A DNA stretch of 64,000 bases from an uncultured Clostridium sp. (GCA_948434985.1 CAOJFV010000002.1:17873-81872), one strand, 5' to 3'. Positions 20,466 through 31,936 are shown, counted from the stretch's first letter. Program-made: numbers and translations. Notes: generated by a model not told the origin, from the letters alone.

Positions 20466-22868
20466 TTACTCTTCAGTAGTGGTTTTTGCCATATTAAGTT
20501 CTTGCCATCTTTCTTTACTCATTAATACTTGGCGAGGTTTACTTCCTTCATATCCTGAAATTATACCTCTTTCCTCCATTTGGTCGATAATACGACCTGC
20601 ACGAGCATATCCAACTTTAAATCTTCTTTGTATAAATGAAGTTGATGCTTGTCCTGTTTCTATTACTGTTTCTATTGCATCATTTAAAAATGGATCTGTA
20701 TCATCATCACATTCTTCTCTTTCTAAATCTTTGTCTGTAGAATTTGATTTTTCTATCGTTTCTATTATATCTTCACTATATTGCACTTCTCCATTAGATT
20801 TTAAGAAATCAACAATTTTTTCAACTTCTTTATCAGATACAAATGCACCTTGTAATCTTGTAGGTTTTGGCGCTCCTGAAGGATAAAATAGCATATCTCC
20901 TTTACCTAATAGTTTCTCCGCTCCAACCATATCAAGTATTGTTCTTGAATCTACTTGTGAAGATACTGCAAATGCAACTCTTGAAGGAATATTTGCTTTA
21001 ATTATACCTGTTATAACATCAACAGATGGTCTTTGTGTTGCAATAACAAGATGCATTCCTGCTGCTCTTGCCATTTGTGCTAATCTACAGATAGCATCTT
21101 CAACATCTTTTGCTGCTACCATCATAAGATCTGCAAGTTCGTCTATAATTATTACAATTTGTGGTAATTTTTCAGCAGAACCTTCTTTTTCTATAGCTTC
21201 ATTATATCCACTTAAGTCTCTAACCCCTTTTGCCGCAAATAAACTATATCTATTAACCATCTCTTGTACTGCCCAGGCAAGTGCTCCTGCTGCTTTTTTA
21301 GGGTCTGTTACAACAGGAATAAGTAAGTGTGGTATTCCATTGTATACAGATAATTCAACTACTTTAGGGTCTACCATTAATAGTTTTACTTCACTTGGTT
21401 TTGCTTTATATATAATGCTTGTTATTAAAGTATTTATACATACACTCTTTCCTGATCCTGTTGAACCCGCAATAAGCACATGTGGCATTTTTGCAATATC
21501 TGTTACCACTTCATTACCTGCAACATCTTTTCCAAGCGCAAATGCAAGTTTTGATTTGTGGTCTACAAAACTATTTGTTTGTAATATATCTCTTAAATGT
21601 ACCATTTCTGTTTCTGTGTTTGGTACTTCTATTCCTACTGCTTGTTTTCCAGGTATAGGAGCTTCTATACGAATAGATGCTGCTGCAAGGTTTAATGCTA
21701 TATCATCTGCTAAGTTTGCAATTTTATTTACTCTTACACCTTCTGCTGGTTTTAATTCATATCTTGTAATAGCAGGTCCTACTGATACATTTTCTACTTT
21801 TGCTGATACTCCAAAGCTATATAATGTTTTTTGAAGTTTTGTAGCATTATCTGCTATAGCCTTTTTTCCACCTCTTAAGTTTCTTCCTTCTCCTTCACTT
21901 AACAACTCGATTGGAGGGAACTCATAATGTTCATCTTCTACTGTTATAGCATGTTCTAATTGCAATACTTCTTTACTTTTATCTTCTTTTATTGGCTCTT
22001 CTGTTTTAAATAAATTTGCTTCTAATTCATTTGGAGATGATTTCTTTTTCTCCTCCATACCTAAAGGAAGTAAATCATCTTCATTATGGTCATATTTCTT
22101 TAAGTTTTCTTTACTATCATTCAAATTTATTATTATTTGATCATCATCTAATGGAATATCAATTGATTCTTTTTTATGATTTTTCTTAACTTCTCTTTTA
22201 TTTATCTTCTTAGGTCTCTCTTCTATTATCTCTTCTTCATATTCTTCTTCATCTTCTTCTATTCTTTTTTGTTTTCTTTCTTCTTTTCTTTCTTCCATAC
22301 TCTCTACTGCATTTGTGATATATTTTGCAGGGTGAATTCCAAACATAAATATTAGAACTAAAATTGCAATTCCTATCGCAAGAATTATCGCTCCTGTACT
22401 TCCTAATAAATTGACCATTGGTAATCCTACAATTGCTCCAATTGCTCCTCCACCAATATTTTTTTGTCCTAATTCATAACTTTGTTTTAAGATAGTTCCA
22501 AATTCTGCATTTTCATCTATGTTCCCTACTGATAGTTGATATATAAACATTATAACTGCTATACACATTAAGAAAATTCCATATTGTACTAGTTTTGGAG
22601 ATAATGTTTCCTTTTTTTCACAAGCTAGATTTATTGCAATTGCAAAAGTGCCAATTGGTAATATATATTTCATCCATCCTATAATTCCACCTAATAATGG
22701 ACTTAATGTTTTTCCTATATAACCTGAACTTGTGTATATTAATACAGCTAATAATATACTAATAATAATCATAGATACAACAGCTAAATCTATATCCACT
22801 TTATTTTGTTTTTTTCTACTATATTTCTTTGCTCCAGTTGTAGTTTTCTTTCTTTTTGCTTTTGCCAT
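20466..22868 (-). CDS. ftsK: DNA translocase FtsK/SpoIIIE
   Basis: 800 aa. N-terminal TM segments, acidic linker, motor domain with Walker A GSTGSGKS, and a gamma domain. Confidence 0.95.
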   Translation of the reverse strand: MAKAKRKKTTTGAKKYSRKKQNKVDIDLAVVSMIIISILLAVLIYTSSGYIGKTLSPLLGGIIGWMKYILPIGTFAIAINLACEKKETLSPKLVQYGIFLMCIAVIMFIYQLSVGNIDENAEFGTILKQSYELGQKNIGGGAIGAIVGLPMVNLLGSTGAIILAIGIAILVLIFMFGIHPAKYITNAVESMEERKEERKQKRIEEDEEEYEEEIIEERPKKINKREVKKNHKKESIDIPLDDDQIIINLNDSKENLKKYDHNEDDLLPLGMEEKKKSSPNELEANLFKTEEPIKEDKSKEVLQLEHAITVEDEHYEFPPIELLSEGEGRNLRGGKKAIADNATKLQKTLYSFGVSAKVENVSVGPAITRYELKPAEGVRVNKIANLADDIALNLAAASIRIEAPIPGKQAVGIEVPNTETEMVHLRDILQTNSFVDHKSKLAFALGKDVAGNEVVTDIAKMPHVLIAGSTGSGKSVCINTLITSIIYKAKPSEVKLLMVDPKVVELSVYNGIPHLLIPVVTDPKKAAGALAWAVQEMVNRYSLFAAKGVRDLSGYNEAIEKEGSAEKLPQIVIIIDELADLMMVAAKDVEDAICRLAQMARAAGMHLVIATQRPSVDVITGIIKANIPSRVAFAVSSQVDSRTILDMVGAEKLLGKGDMLFYPSGAPKPTRLQGAFVSDKEVEKIVDFLKSNGEVQYSEDIIETIEKSNSTDKDLEREECDDDTDPFLNDAIETVIETGQASTSFIQRRFKVGYARAGRIIDQMEERGIISGYEGSKPRQVLMSKERWQELNMAKTTTEE

Positions 22869-22895
22869 TTATTATTTCATCCTTTCTGTTTAGAG

Positions 22896-22958
22896 GTTAG
22901 ATGTTAGAAATTAGAGGTTGGAAGCTTAATCTCCAACTTCCAACCTCCAACTTCTAAC
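22896..22958. repeat. Intergenic hairpin repeat element (ccaacctccaacttcta family), copy 1
   Basis: Long imperfect hairpin tagatgttagaa-atta-gaggttggaag / cttccaacctc-caac-ttctaacgtcta. Shares a 22/24 nt core with the copy at 32028-32066. Confidence 0.5.
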
Positions 22959-22964
22959 GTCTAT

Positions 22965-23403
22965 TTAATTTAATTCCTTCCTATTATTTTGAACTGTTTT
23001 TAGAGCTTCTTCTAAAACAACCTCAATTTTTTCTAGAAGATTGTCAGCATAATCTTTTGTTCCTTTTGATATTTCTCTAGACATTTCATTTGCTGTTTCA
23101 ATTATTTGAGCTTTTTGCTCATATGCTTTTCTTGTAATTTCATGTTCATCTATCATAGATATAATTCTATTTTCTGCTTCTTTTACTATATCTTCTGCTT
23201 CTTTGCCGAGCTTCTGCAAGAATTCTTGCTCTTTCCTCTTTAACCCATTTTGCTTGTTTTAATTCATCTGGAAGTTTTATTCTTATTTCTTTAATAATGT
23301 CTAAGAAGTTCTCTTTGTCTACAATTCCTTTACCTGAAAATGGTATTGTTTTACTTTTTTCCAATTCTTCTTCTAAAGCTTCCAACAGTGTAAATATTTC
23401 CAT
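22965..23403 (-). CDS. Hypothetical coiled-coil protein (ATP synthase b/E-like); frame interrupted at an in-frame CGG
   Basis: ORFs 23167..23403 and 22965..23219 fuse when the C of GCT CGG CAA (plus 23216-23218) is skipped: ...KEERARILAEAGKEAEDIVKEAENRIISMIDEHEIT... Confidence 0.5.
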
Positions 23404-23406
23404 TTT

Positions 23407-23961
23407 TTACCCCTTTCGATTTAAGAATATAAGAGTAACTCTTCCATATTTTCTCAAATCATATACATTAACGTTTAGTTTATTTAAATTCTCTAATTCT
23501 CTTTTTTCATTATCAGTTTCTAGAATAATGATACCATCATCTGTTAATAAGTCCAATTCAATAATGTTTTTAATACTATTTACTGCAATATCTAAATTAT
23601 ATGGTGGATCAATAAATATTACACTAAATTTTTGTCCATATAGTAACTCTAGCACTTTCTTATAATCATTTTTTATAACCTTGGTTTTTTCTTCTAAGTG
23701 TGTTTTCTTTATATTTTTATTAATAATTTGTATGGCTTCATATGATTTATCACACATTACACAAGTTTTTGCTCCTCTGCTTAAAGCTTCAATTCCTAAA
23801 GCTCCACTTCCAGAGAACAAATCTAAGACACTCGCATCTATAATATCAAATTGTATAATATTAAATAACGCTTCCTTAACTCTATCTAAAGTAGGTCTTG
23901 TATTATTTCCTTCAAGGGTTTCTAAATTAGTTCCTCTTGCCGTTCCACTAATTACTCTCAT
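23407..23961 (-). CDS. rsmD: 16S rRNA (guanine966-N2)-methyltransferase RsmD
   Basis: 184 aa; SAM-binding motif LDLFSGSGALGIEALSRGA and the DPPY motif. Confidence 0.85.
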   Translation of the reverse strand: MRVISGTARGTNLETLEGNNTRPTLDRVKEALFNIIQFDIIDASVLDLFSGSGALGIEALSRGAKTCVMCDKSYEAIQIINKNIKKTHLEEKTKVIKNDYKKVLELLYGQKFSVIFIDPPYNLDIAVNSIKNIIELDLLTDDGIIILETDNEKRELENLNKLNVNVYDLRKYGRVTLIFLNRKG

Positions 23962-24113
23962 TTTTAACCTTCCTATGATATATCTATTTTATTCTTTTTT
24001 CCTTATAAGTCAATAGTGATAATAGAAATGTAATATACATTTAACAATTCTGTAACAGATGTTGAATAAAAAAATATAAAGACTAATCTCTGTCTTTATA
24101 TTTTTCTTTTGCA

Positions 24114-24563
24114 TTATTCTTTATTAATTTCTTTTAACATTTCTAGTTGTGAAATAAGTAAAGATTCCATTTTTGCTTTATATACATCAAATTGTTTTTG
24201 TGCATCTTCTAATTCTTTTTTCTTTACCATAATTTCTTGTTCTAATCTTATTGCTTCATTTTGTGCAGCATTTTTTGCATCAATTATAATTTGTTCTGCT
24301 TGTTGCTTTGCAACATTTTTTACTTCTTCTGCAGTAGATTGCGCCATTAATAATGTGCTTTGTAAAGTGTTCTCTATTGCTTTATAGTGTGCTATATCAT
24401 CATTTAATTGTTCAATCTTTTCTCTATATTCTGTATTTTCTTTATACATTTTTTCATAGTCAACTGTTAATAAATCTAAGAATTCATCCACTTCTTCTAC
24501 ATTATATCCATTAACCATTTGTTTTGAAAATTTCTTATTTTCTATTTCTAGTGGTGTTATCAT
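24114..24563 (-). CDS. divIVA: Cell division protein DivIVA
   Basis: N-terminus MITPLEIENKKFSKQMVNGYNVEEVDEFLDLL followed by coiled coil. Confidence 0.8.
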   Translation of the reverse strand: MITPLEIENKKFSKQMVNGYNVEEVDEFLDLLTVDYEKMYKENTEYREKIEQLNDDIAHYKAIENTLQSTLLMAQSTAEEVKNVAKQQAEQIIIDAKNAAQNEAIRLEQEIMVKKKELEDAQKQFDVYKAKMESLLISQLEMLKEINKE

Positions 24564-24705
24564 AAACTCTCCCCATTTCTTTTATAGTTTAACAAAGATT
24601 TTTGCATCTTACAAAATTCCACTGTTATTCTTTATTAAAAAAACGGACGCATAATATTTTAATGGATTTTTTCCAAATAAATTTACATCCGATTTTATAA
24701 GTATT

Positions 24706-25182
24706 CTAATTGTTTTTTAACCATGATACAGATAATCTATTTTTTATTTCTTCTCTCGCCATTTCATTAGCAATTTCATAATTAGTTGGAGCAATTAAGA
24801 ATATTGAATTAGATATTTTTTGAATATGTCCGTCTAATGCATGAACAGATCCACTAATAAAGTCAACTATTCTTCTTGCAACATCTTTATTAACATATTC
24901 AAGGTTAACAATTACAGATTTTCTTTCTTTTAAATAATTACATATTTCTTCTGACTGTTCAAAAGTTGTTGGTTGTGATATTACCATTTTAATACTTTGA
25001 ATTTGTGGCATATTTACAACTTTTGATTTTCTTCCAAATAGTTTATTTATTCCTTCTGATTCTTGTTCTTCCTCTTCTTCTTCATACTCATAGTCATATG
25101 CTCTATCTTCTATATCTTCCTCTTCTTCTGCACTTTCCATTCCTAAAAAATCCCAAATTTTATTCATTACAGCTCCTGCCAT
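24706..25182 (-). CDS. sepF: Cell division protein SepF
   Basis: Acidic linker and C-terminal SepF domain (...VVNLEYVNKDVARRIVDFISGSVHALDGHIQKIS...). Confidence 0.85.
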   Translation of the reverse strand: MAGAVMNKIWDFLGMESAEEEEDIEDRAYDYEYEEEEEEQESEGINKLFGRKSKVVNMPQIQSIKMVISQPTTFEQSEEICNYLKERKSVIVNLEYVNKDVARRIVDFISGSVHALDGHIQKISNSIFLIAPTNYEIANEMAREEIKNRLSVSWLKNN

Positions 25183-25304
25183 TTACAAAACCTCCCTATA
25201 TTTCTCCTTGGTATTCGTTAATAGTATCTTACTTTTTAAAACAAATGTCAATACCTTTTTAAATTGTAATTTATTCTTAACAACTCTGTAATATTGCTGT
25301 AATA

Positions 25305-26588
25305 TTATATTTTTGGATTAAGAATAATTTCATCATGCAATACTATTGTTTTTACTTGTTTTAACTCGTTATCTGTATACCCCATTTTTTCTTTCAATTC
25401 TTCATTTGTATAATTGGTAATTATAGAATATGATTCATTTTGTTTTAGTATTTTTATTAATATCTTATCTGTATATCCCATTCTATTTCTAACTATATAG
25501 TAAATATCTTGTCCTGCTATAGTTCCTCCTTCTGGTGCTGTTTCTTTAATTAAAGCTTCATTCGGAACTTTGAGTCCAGTATAATTCCACCAAATAATAT
25601 CAAATGTTATTTTCCTATAACTTGCAAGCAATTCTAATCCATTAGTAATTTGGAATATAAATAATTTAGAATCTTCTTCCTCTATAATATATTCTATTTT
25701 TGCATTTATTACTTGTGAATTCGACAATCTTATGCTTATATTGTCTCCTACTTTGGCTTCTTTTGATTTTTTAGACGAGAGGGATGCCGCTATATAAGCT
25801 TCAAAATTATCTATTATCTTTCCTTTTTCATTACTTGATGCAACAATTTGTCCTGTTTTTAATTTTAAATCTTCTAAAAATTTTTTATTTAAACTAGAAA
25901 AACTTTCTTTAGTTAATATATTTTCTAATCCATCTACTCTATATGATACAATTCCGCTTTCTGGCGCTGTTACATATTCTGCCCCTGAATTTAAATTTTT
26001 CTCATATCCGCTTCTTTCTTCAATTAGTTTTCTTATATACGAGCCTTGAGGACTTAAATCTCCTGCAATTTTTGCTTTTTTAGTTATTTTAGTATTTATA
26101 TCTTTTTTATATTCTGATATTTTTTGAATATCTTTTAAATTTGATGCTTCGTTTAATTTTTGACTAATTTGATTTTCTAAAAGTTTTATATCACTTGAAA
26201 ATATATCCGTTTCATTTTCCATAGCATCTTGTATTTTATGGTCTAATTCTTCAATTTTTTTTACTAATGTTTCTTCATTATTACTATAATATCTATAAAT
26301 CGAATCTCCCTTTGCTACTCTTTCTCCTTCTGTTTTTATTTGTATCATTCCGTTTTTGTAGTTATCTCCTTGTACTACTGTTTCATTTCTTATAACATAT
26401 CCTACCGCGCTTTCCTCTTCAGATAGTCCTCCATTTTCAATCCTAAAAACATCTGTTGGATTTTTTATAAGTTGAATAATTGCATAAACGAAATATACTA
26501 ATACTATTAGAGCTATAAAATAACAAGTCATTACTTTCTTCATATTTTTTTTAGGAGTTACTCTATCATTTTTTCCAATTTTCTTCAA
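25305..26588 (-). CDS. Membrane-anchored HlyD/barrel-sandwich-like protein of unknown function
   Basis: N-terminal TM helix, coiled coil and C-terminal beta-rich region; overlaps the miaA stop by 4 nt (operon). Confidence 0.4.
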   Translation of the reverse strand: MKKIGKNDRVTPKKNMKKVMTCYFIALIVLVYFVYAIIQLIKNPTDVFRIENGGLSEEESAVGYVIRNETVVQGDNYKNGMIQIKTEGERVAKGDSIYRYYSNNEETLVKKIEELDHKIQDAMENETDIFSSDIKLLENQISQKLNEASNLKDIQKISEYKKDINTKITKKAKIAGDLSPQGSYIRKLIEERSGYEKNLNSGAEYVTAPESGIVSYRVDGLENILTKESFSSLNKKFLEDLKLKTGQIVASSNEKGKIIDNFEAYIAASLSSKKSKEAKVGDNISIRLSNSQVINAKIEYIIEEEDSKLFIFQITNGLELLASYRKITFDIIWWNYTGLKVPNEALIKETAPEGGTIAGQDIYYIVRNRMGYTDKILIKILKQNESYSIITNYTNEELKEKMGYTDNELKQVKTIVLHDEIILNPKI

Positions 26589-27544
26589 TTTATTCCCTCC
26601 AAAATAATATTGATATTATTTTGCATATCCACACTTGCATCTAGCCATATAGTTTGTTTGTTCTTTCTAAACCAAGTTAATTGCCTTTTTGCATATCTTC
26701 TTGTTTCTTGTTTAACTTTTTCAATTGCCTCTTCTTTTGTTAATGTTCCTTCAAGATATTCTTTTATTTCTTTATATCCTAATGCTTGCATAGCTGTTGG
26801 ATATTTATTATATTTTTTACATATGTTTTGTGTCTCTTCTATAAGTCCTTGTTTTATCATAATATCCACTCTTCTATTTATTCTGTCGTATAAAATCTCT
26901 CTATCCATATTTAACGCAAAAACACGATAATCATATGGAATTTCATTTTTTCTTGATTCTATTTCTTGTTCGGTTTTTGTTTTACCTGTTGCTTTGTATA
27001 TTTCTAATATTCTAATAATTCTTTTTTTATCATTTTTGCTTATATTTTTTATTGCTTGTTCATCAATTTCTTTTGCTCTATTATATAACCTTTCTAAACC
27101 TTCTTTTTCTGCAATCTGTTCCAGTTTATTTCTATATTCTTCATCAAATTCTATATCTTGATATTCTATTCCATATATTAATGAGTCAACATATAATCCT
27201 GTTCCTCCCACTACAATAGGTATTTTCCCATTTTTTAGTATTTCTTCTATTGCATTAGTTGCTTGTTTTTTATAGTCTGCTACACTATATCTTTCATCTG
27301 GAGATACAAAATCTATCATATAATGTTTAATGTCACCCATTTCCTCTTTTGTTGGTTTTGCACTTCCAATATCCATATCTTTATATATTTGCATTGAATC
27401 TGCTGATACTACTTCACCATTAATTTTCTTTGCTAGTTCAATTGATAAAGCTGTTTTTCCTGAGGCAGTAGGTCCACATATAACAATTACTTTTGGTTTC
27501 ATAAGATTCGAAGATTTTTTTACTATTAATTCTTCACTTTTCAC
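26585..27544 (-). CDS. miaA: tRNA dimethylallyltransferase
   Basis: P-loop GPTASGKT; 319 aa MiaA family. Confidence 0.9.
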   Translation of the reverse strand: MKSEELIVKKSSNLMKPKVIVICGPTASGKTALSIELAKKINGEVVSADSMQIYKDMDIGSAKPTKEEMGDIKHYMIDFVSPDERYSVADYKKQATNAIEEILKNGKIPIVVGGTGLYVDSLIYGIEYQDIEFDEEYRNKLEQIAEKEGLERLYNRAKEIDEQAIKNISKNDKKRIIRILEIYKATGKTKTEQEIESRKNEIPYDYRVFALNMDREILYDRINRRVDIMIKQGLIEETQNICKKYNKYPTAMQALGYKEIKEYLEGTLTKEEAIEKVKQETRRYAKRQLTWFRKNKQTIWLDASVDMQNNINIILEGIN

Positions 27545-27571
27545 TTCTAGTTATTCACCTCAAACTTTTTA

Positions 27572-27994
27572 TTAATCATTTATTGCACTACTTATTAATC
27601 CCATTTCAAAATCTTTAATATATGCCATTTCAAATATAAATATGAGAATTAGTATAATGGAAAATATTAAAATCTTCCTTTTTAACTGTGTTTCATTAAT
27701 TCTTCTATCTTTATATTTATTAAGCACATTACATATATATGGTAATGATATTATTGCATTAATAGGCGCAAATATTAATATAGAAGTATTTCTAGCAATA
27801 CTAACATAGTTAGCACTTGCACTTATTCCATTTGCACTAATAAAGCATATAATTACTGTTGCAATAAAAGTTATTATAAATCCAATTATCATTAGTTTTA
27901 TTTTACTTGATTTATCATAATTATACAAATTATAATAAATCATAACCCCAGCAACAATATATATAATTATTGATATTATTGATATTAATAACAT
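27572..27994 (-). CDS. Hypothetical integral membrane protein
   Basis: 140 aa, four predicted TM helices. Confidence 0.4.
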   Translation of the reverse strand: MLLISIISIIIYIVAGVMIYYNLYNYDKSSKIKLMIIGFIITFIATVIICFISANGISASANYVSIARNTSILIFAPINAIISLPYICNVLNKYKDRRINETQLKRKILIFSIILILIFIFEMAYIKDFEMGLISSAIND

Positions 27995-28007
27995 ATTTTA
28001 CCTCTTT

Positions 28008-30537
28008 TTATTTTCTTCTTGCAAATTTCTTTTCCATATCATTTTTGTCCATTTTTATTGCAGTTGGTCTTCCGTGTGGACAAGTAAATGGGTTTGGTAA
28101 TTTTAATAATTTTTCCATTAAGCTATCTACTTCTTCATTAGTTAAGTCCATATTAGCCTTTACTGCTGCTTTACAAGCTACTGTTGCTATAAATCTTTCT
28201 TCTATTTCTTGTTTTGCTGTTCTTGCAACTTGGTTAATTTCATCTAGTGTCTCTAGGAATAATTCTTTAGTGTCTATTTCTAAACAAATATCTGGTACAC
28301 CCGTTAATTTTATTGTATTATCTCCAAACTCTTCTAATACAAATCCAGCTTTTTCAAACATTTCAATATTATCTTTTAATATATCGATTTCTTTATGTGT
28401 TAATGTAATAATATCAGGTAATAATAACATTTGAGAATTTTTGTCTTCACTAGAATAATAGTTTTTCTTTACTTTTTCATACATTACTCTTTCATGCGCT
28501 GCATGTTGGTCTATAATGTATAGTTCATTCTTTATTTCAATTATAATATACGTATTAAAAGCTATCCCCACTAGTTTATATACTGGTTTTTGATATTCTG
28601 GTATATCTTCAAAAACAGAAATGTTGTTATCTTTAATTAGTTCATATGCACTGATTTTTTCTTCTTCTTTTTTCTTTTCTTCTTCTACTGATGCTGGTAA
28701 TTTTCCAAATATTTTTTCATACATATTTGCGAATTCTGGACTTTCATCTACATTTTCTATTTTTTCTAGTTTGTCTATCATATCTTGTAATTCTTGACTT
28801 GTAAATTGTTGTGTATTCTGCTCTTCTGATGTGTTATTTACATTTGTTAAAGATTTTTCATTTTCGTTGTTTATATCTTCTTTTAATTCTACACCAATAT
28901 TTTGATTTTCTTCTGGATATATATTTTGATTTGTTATTTCTTCCAAATTATTAAATGTAGCTGGTTCTTCCACATTTTGTATTGTTTCTTCTTCTATTAT
29001 TTTATATGGTTCTATATTTTCTTTTAGTTTCTCTATTGGTTCTTGACTATAAATATTACCTATATTTTCTTCCTTTTCTAAAGTATTTTCGTTATCTTTC
29101 ACATTTTCTTTTAATATTGTTAAATTTTCTACAGCATCTCTAATATTTGTTGAATCAACCATAAATGTATTTTTTATATCTTTTTTAACGCTTTCTCCAA
29201 CTTGTAACCTTTGTGTATCTTTTATTAATGTATCAATATTGGTATGTAGTTTTGGGTCATTTTCTGCTTCTTCTTTTAAACGTTGTTGCATTGCCATTAG
29301 TTCTTTGAAAACATCCATTTTTTTATCTTCTTTTTGTACAGTTTTAGGTTCAAAATTTGATTCTAATTTTGGCTCTTCATTTAATATTTTTGTTTCTTCT
29401 CTATTATTATATATTTGTTCTATAACATTTTCATTTGGTTTTTCTATTTCTTGTGATTTTATTTTTCTAAATAAATCTGTTATACTGGATTTGGAAGGAG
29501 CAATATTCTCTATTTCCTCAATAGTTTTTTCAGTATTCGCAATTAATTCTGATTTAAGTAAAGTGTCTTTTATTGAATGATATATTGCTTTAAAAACTTT
29601 ATTTTCTTCTTGAAACCTTACTTCTAATTTAGCTGGATGAACATTTACATCAACCTTACTTGGATTCATATCTATATTTAATACTAAAAATCCATATTTT
29701 CCTATTGGAAGTAATCCCTTAAAACTATTTTCTGCTGCACCCATTAATGTTTTATCTTTTACAAATCTTTTGTTTACAAAGAAAATTTGATTAGAACGAT
29801 TTGATCTTGCTATTTCTGGTTTTCCAACTACTCCTGTTATATGCATATCTTCGTATGTATAATCCACCTCTAAAATACTATTTGCAATATCTTTACCATA
29901 AATTGCATAAATTACGTCTTGTATTTTACCATTTCCGTGAAGTTTGAATTATAGTTTTTCCACTATTTATTAATCTAAATGCAATACTAGGATGAATTAA
30001 AGCAAGTCTTGTAACTACGTCTTCAATATATCCAGATTCTGTATAATCTTTTTTTAAGAATTTATATCTTACAGGTGTATTAAAAAATAGATTTTGTACT
30101 GTTATAGTAGTTCCAACTTGACAACCTGTTTCTTCAAATGAAATAACCCTTCCTGCTTCTACCACAATTCTATTTCCTATTGGTTCATTGATAGTTCTAG
30201 AAATCATTTCAACATTTGCAATTGCAGCAATACTTGCTAATGCTTCTCCTCTAAACCCCATAGATTTAACTAATTTTAAATCATCTGCACTTCTAATTTT
30301 ACTTGTTGCATGTCTTTCGAATGCAATTTCCATATCGTCTTTTTCGATACCTTTTCCATTATCTGTTATACGGATATAAGATATTCCACCATTTTTTACC
30401 TCTATATTTATAGTAGTTGCTCCTGCATCAATTGAATTCTCTATCATTTCTTTTATTACAGATGCTGGTCTTTCTACTACTTCTCCAGCAGCAATTTTAT
30501 TTATTGTAAGTTCGTCTAATAAAACAATATTCCCCAT
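28008..30537 (-). CDS. mutL: DNA mismatch repair protein MutL; frame interrupted at an in-frame CGG
   Basis: N-terminal GHKL ATPase (DELTINKIAAGEVVERPASVIKEMIENSIDAG...) in 29926..30537, remainder in 28008..29867. TCA CGG AAA (plus 29935-29937): skipping the C gives ...IIQTSGNGKIQDVIYAIYGKDIANSILEVDYTYEDMHITGVVGKPE... Confidence 0.9.
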
Positions 30538-30770
30538 ATAAATACCCTCTTTTCCTATGTTTATAACTTCATATGGATTATATCATTTATTGTTATTTTT
30601 TGTATAGTTTTTTGGAATAATTTCTCGATTTTTTAGAATTAAATTATTTATCAAATACATCTTTTTGAATTTTAAAATTTATTTTGAATTCAGTTTACTG
30701 CGAGTATAAACTTAATGTAAACTAAAACGAGCCCCCAGCTTCGTTCTTAGTTTTATTCTTCCCTTTTAGA

Positions 30771-31145
30771 TTATTGCACCATTTTCAGTTCTTCAGTCTT
30801 TTTATCTACTGTTTCTACATCCATTAATACTGCATCAATTCTATCATCAAGGTGTTTTACTGTTTGTTTTAACCAGACCACATCTTTTTTCATCTGTGTA
30901 ACGCTGTGTAATATTATTGTTTGCCCTCTTTTTACACTCTTGATTTCATCTTGCATTATAGCTTGACTTGCCTTTAAATCAGCTATTTCATACTGCATTA
31001 TTGTTTGATTTGATTTCAATTCTTCTTGTCCTGCCTTTAATACTTCTTGATTTGATTTCAACTCTTCTTGAGAAGCATCAATTCTGTCTAATCTGTTTAA
31101 GATTTCTTGTGCTAGTTTTTCATTCATATTTTCCACCTCCTCCAT
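30771..31145 (-). CDS. Hypothetical coiled-coil protein with internal repeats
   Basis: 124 aa; repeated EELKSNQ / LKASQAIMQDEI units. Confidence 0.4.
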   Translation of the reverse strand: MEEVENMNEKLAQEILNRLDRIDASQEELKSNQEVLKAGQEELKSNQTIMQYEIADLKASQAIMQDEIKSVKRGQTIILHSVTQMKKDVVWLKQTVKHLDDRIDAVLMDVETVDKKTEELKMVQ

Positions 31146-31285
31146 TTGTCATATTGATATACTAACATATAATAAATTTCATTGCAAGTAGTTTTCTAAA
31201 ATTTGTAACACTTTTTTTGAAGTAAGAATAGTATATACCATACAAAAGAACAAAAAACTTAGTTCTTTATAGGGAGGTTGCTTAA

Positions 31286-31387
31286 ATGAGAAATTGTTGT
31301 AATTGTGAGATTTTGTGGTTCATTATCTTATTTTTACTACTTTTCTGTAACTGTGGCAACAGCTGTTGTAGAGGAAACTGCAACTAG
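31286..31387 (+). CDS. YjcZ-like tiny Cys/Gly-rich transmembrane protein
   Basis: MRNCCNCEILWFIILFLLLFCNCGNSCCRGNCN, with RBS GGGAGG. Cys clusters flank one hydrophobic helix; first of a tandem pair. Confidence 0.45.
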   Translation: MRNCCNCEILWFIILFLLLFCNCGNSCCRGNCN

Positions 31388-31442
31388 TATGTATTACCCT
31401 AACAGAAAAGTACATTTATTATTTTGAAAGGGGGGAATTCAT

Positions 31443-31568
31443 ATGCCAGAAAACAGAGGTTGCGGATGCGGATGTGGTTTCGGTGGTGATAACTGCATTT
31501 GGATAATTATCGTTATATTAATAGTTTTATGTTGCTGCGGTGGTAATAACAATTGTGGATGTTGCTAA
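31443..31568 (+). CDS. YjcZ-like tiny Cys/Gly-rich transmembrane protein
   Basis: MPENRGCGCGCGFGGDNCIWIIIVILIVLCCCGGNNNCGCC; RBS AAAGGGGGG. Resembles the sporulation-associated tiny_TM (YjcZ) family. Confidence 0.5.
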   Translation: MPENRGCGCGCGFGGDNCIWIIIVILIVLCCCGGNNNCGCC

Positions 31569-31627
31569 TTAGCTGTCAAAAGTTTGAAGTTGAATATTAG
31601 ATTTTTAATTTCTAACTTATTACAAAA

Positions 31628-31670
31628 AGAGGGGACTGTTCTTATAGAACAGCCTCCTCTTCTTTTGTAA
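31628..31670. terminator. Bidirectional intrinsic terminator
   Basis: 15-bp stem agaggggactgttct/agaacagcctcctct with T-rich flanks on both strands. Confidence 0.7.
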
Positions 31671-31675
31671 TATAC

Positions 31676-31936
31676 TTAAAGTGCAAGTTTATTACTAATC
31701 AAATTGTGCACTATAGCAAGAATTATTGGAGTAACTGAAAGTATTATTGCTGTTATTAACGAAATCCGTAATAGAGTTCGTCCCATTTTCTCATATTTAT
31801 CAGTTTCATAACTTTCATTAGTCCAATCATCTTCTAATTTCATAAACTCTACAAAGCTATCAAAAAATCCCATTTTAGTACCATCTCTTGCATTTGTTTT
31901 CTTGGTACTTATTTTCCGTATTTTGCTATTATGCAT
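31676..31936 (-). CDS. Hypothetical small protein with C-terminal TM helix
   Basis: Strong RBS AGGAGG 8 nt before the ATG. Contains two in-frame CGG codons read as Arg (KIRKIS, LLRISL). Confidence 0.4.
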   Translation of the reverse strand: MHNSKIRKISTKKTNARDGTKMGFFDSFVEFMKLEDDWTNESYETDKYEKMGRTLLRISLITAIILSVTPIILAIVHNLISNKLAL

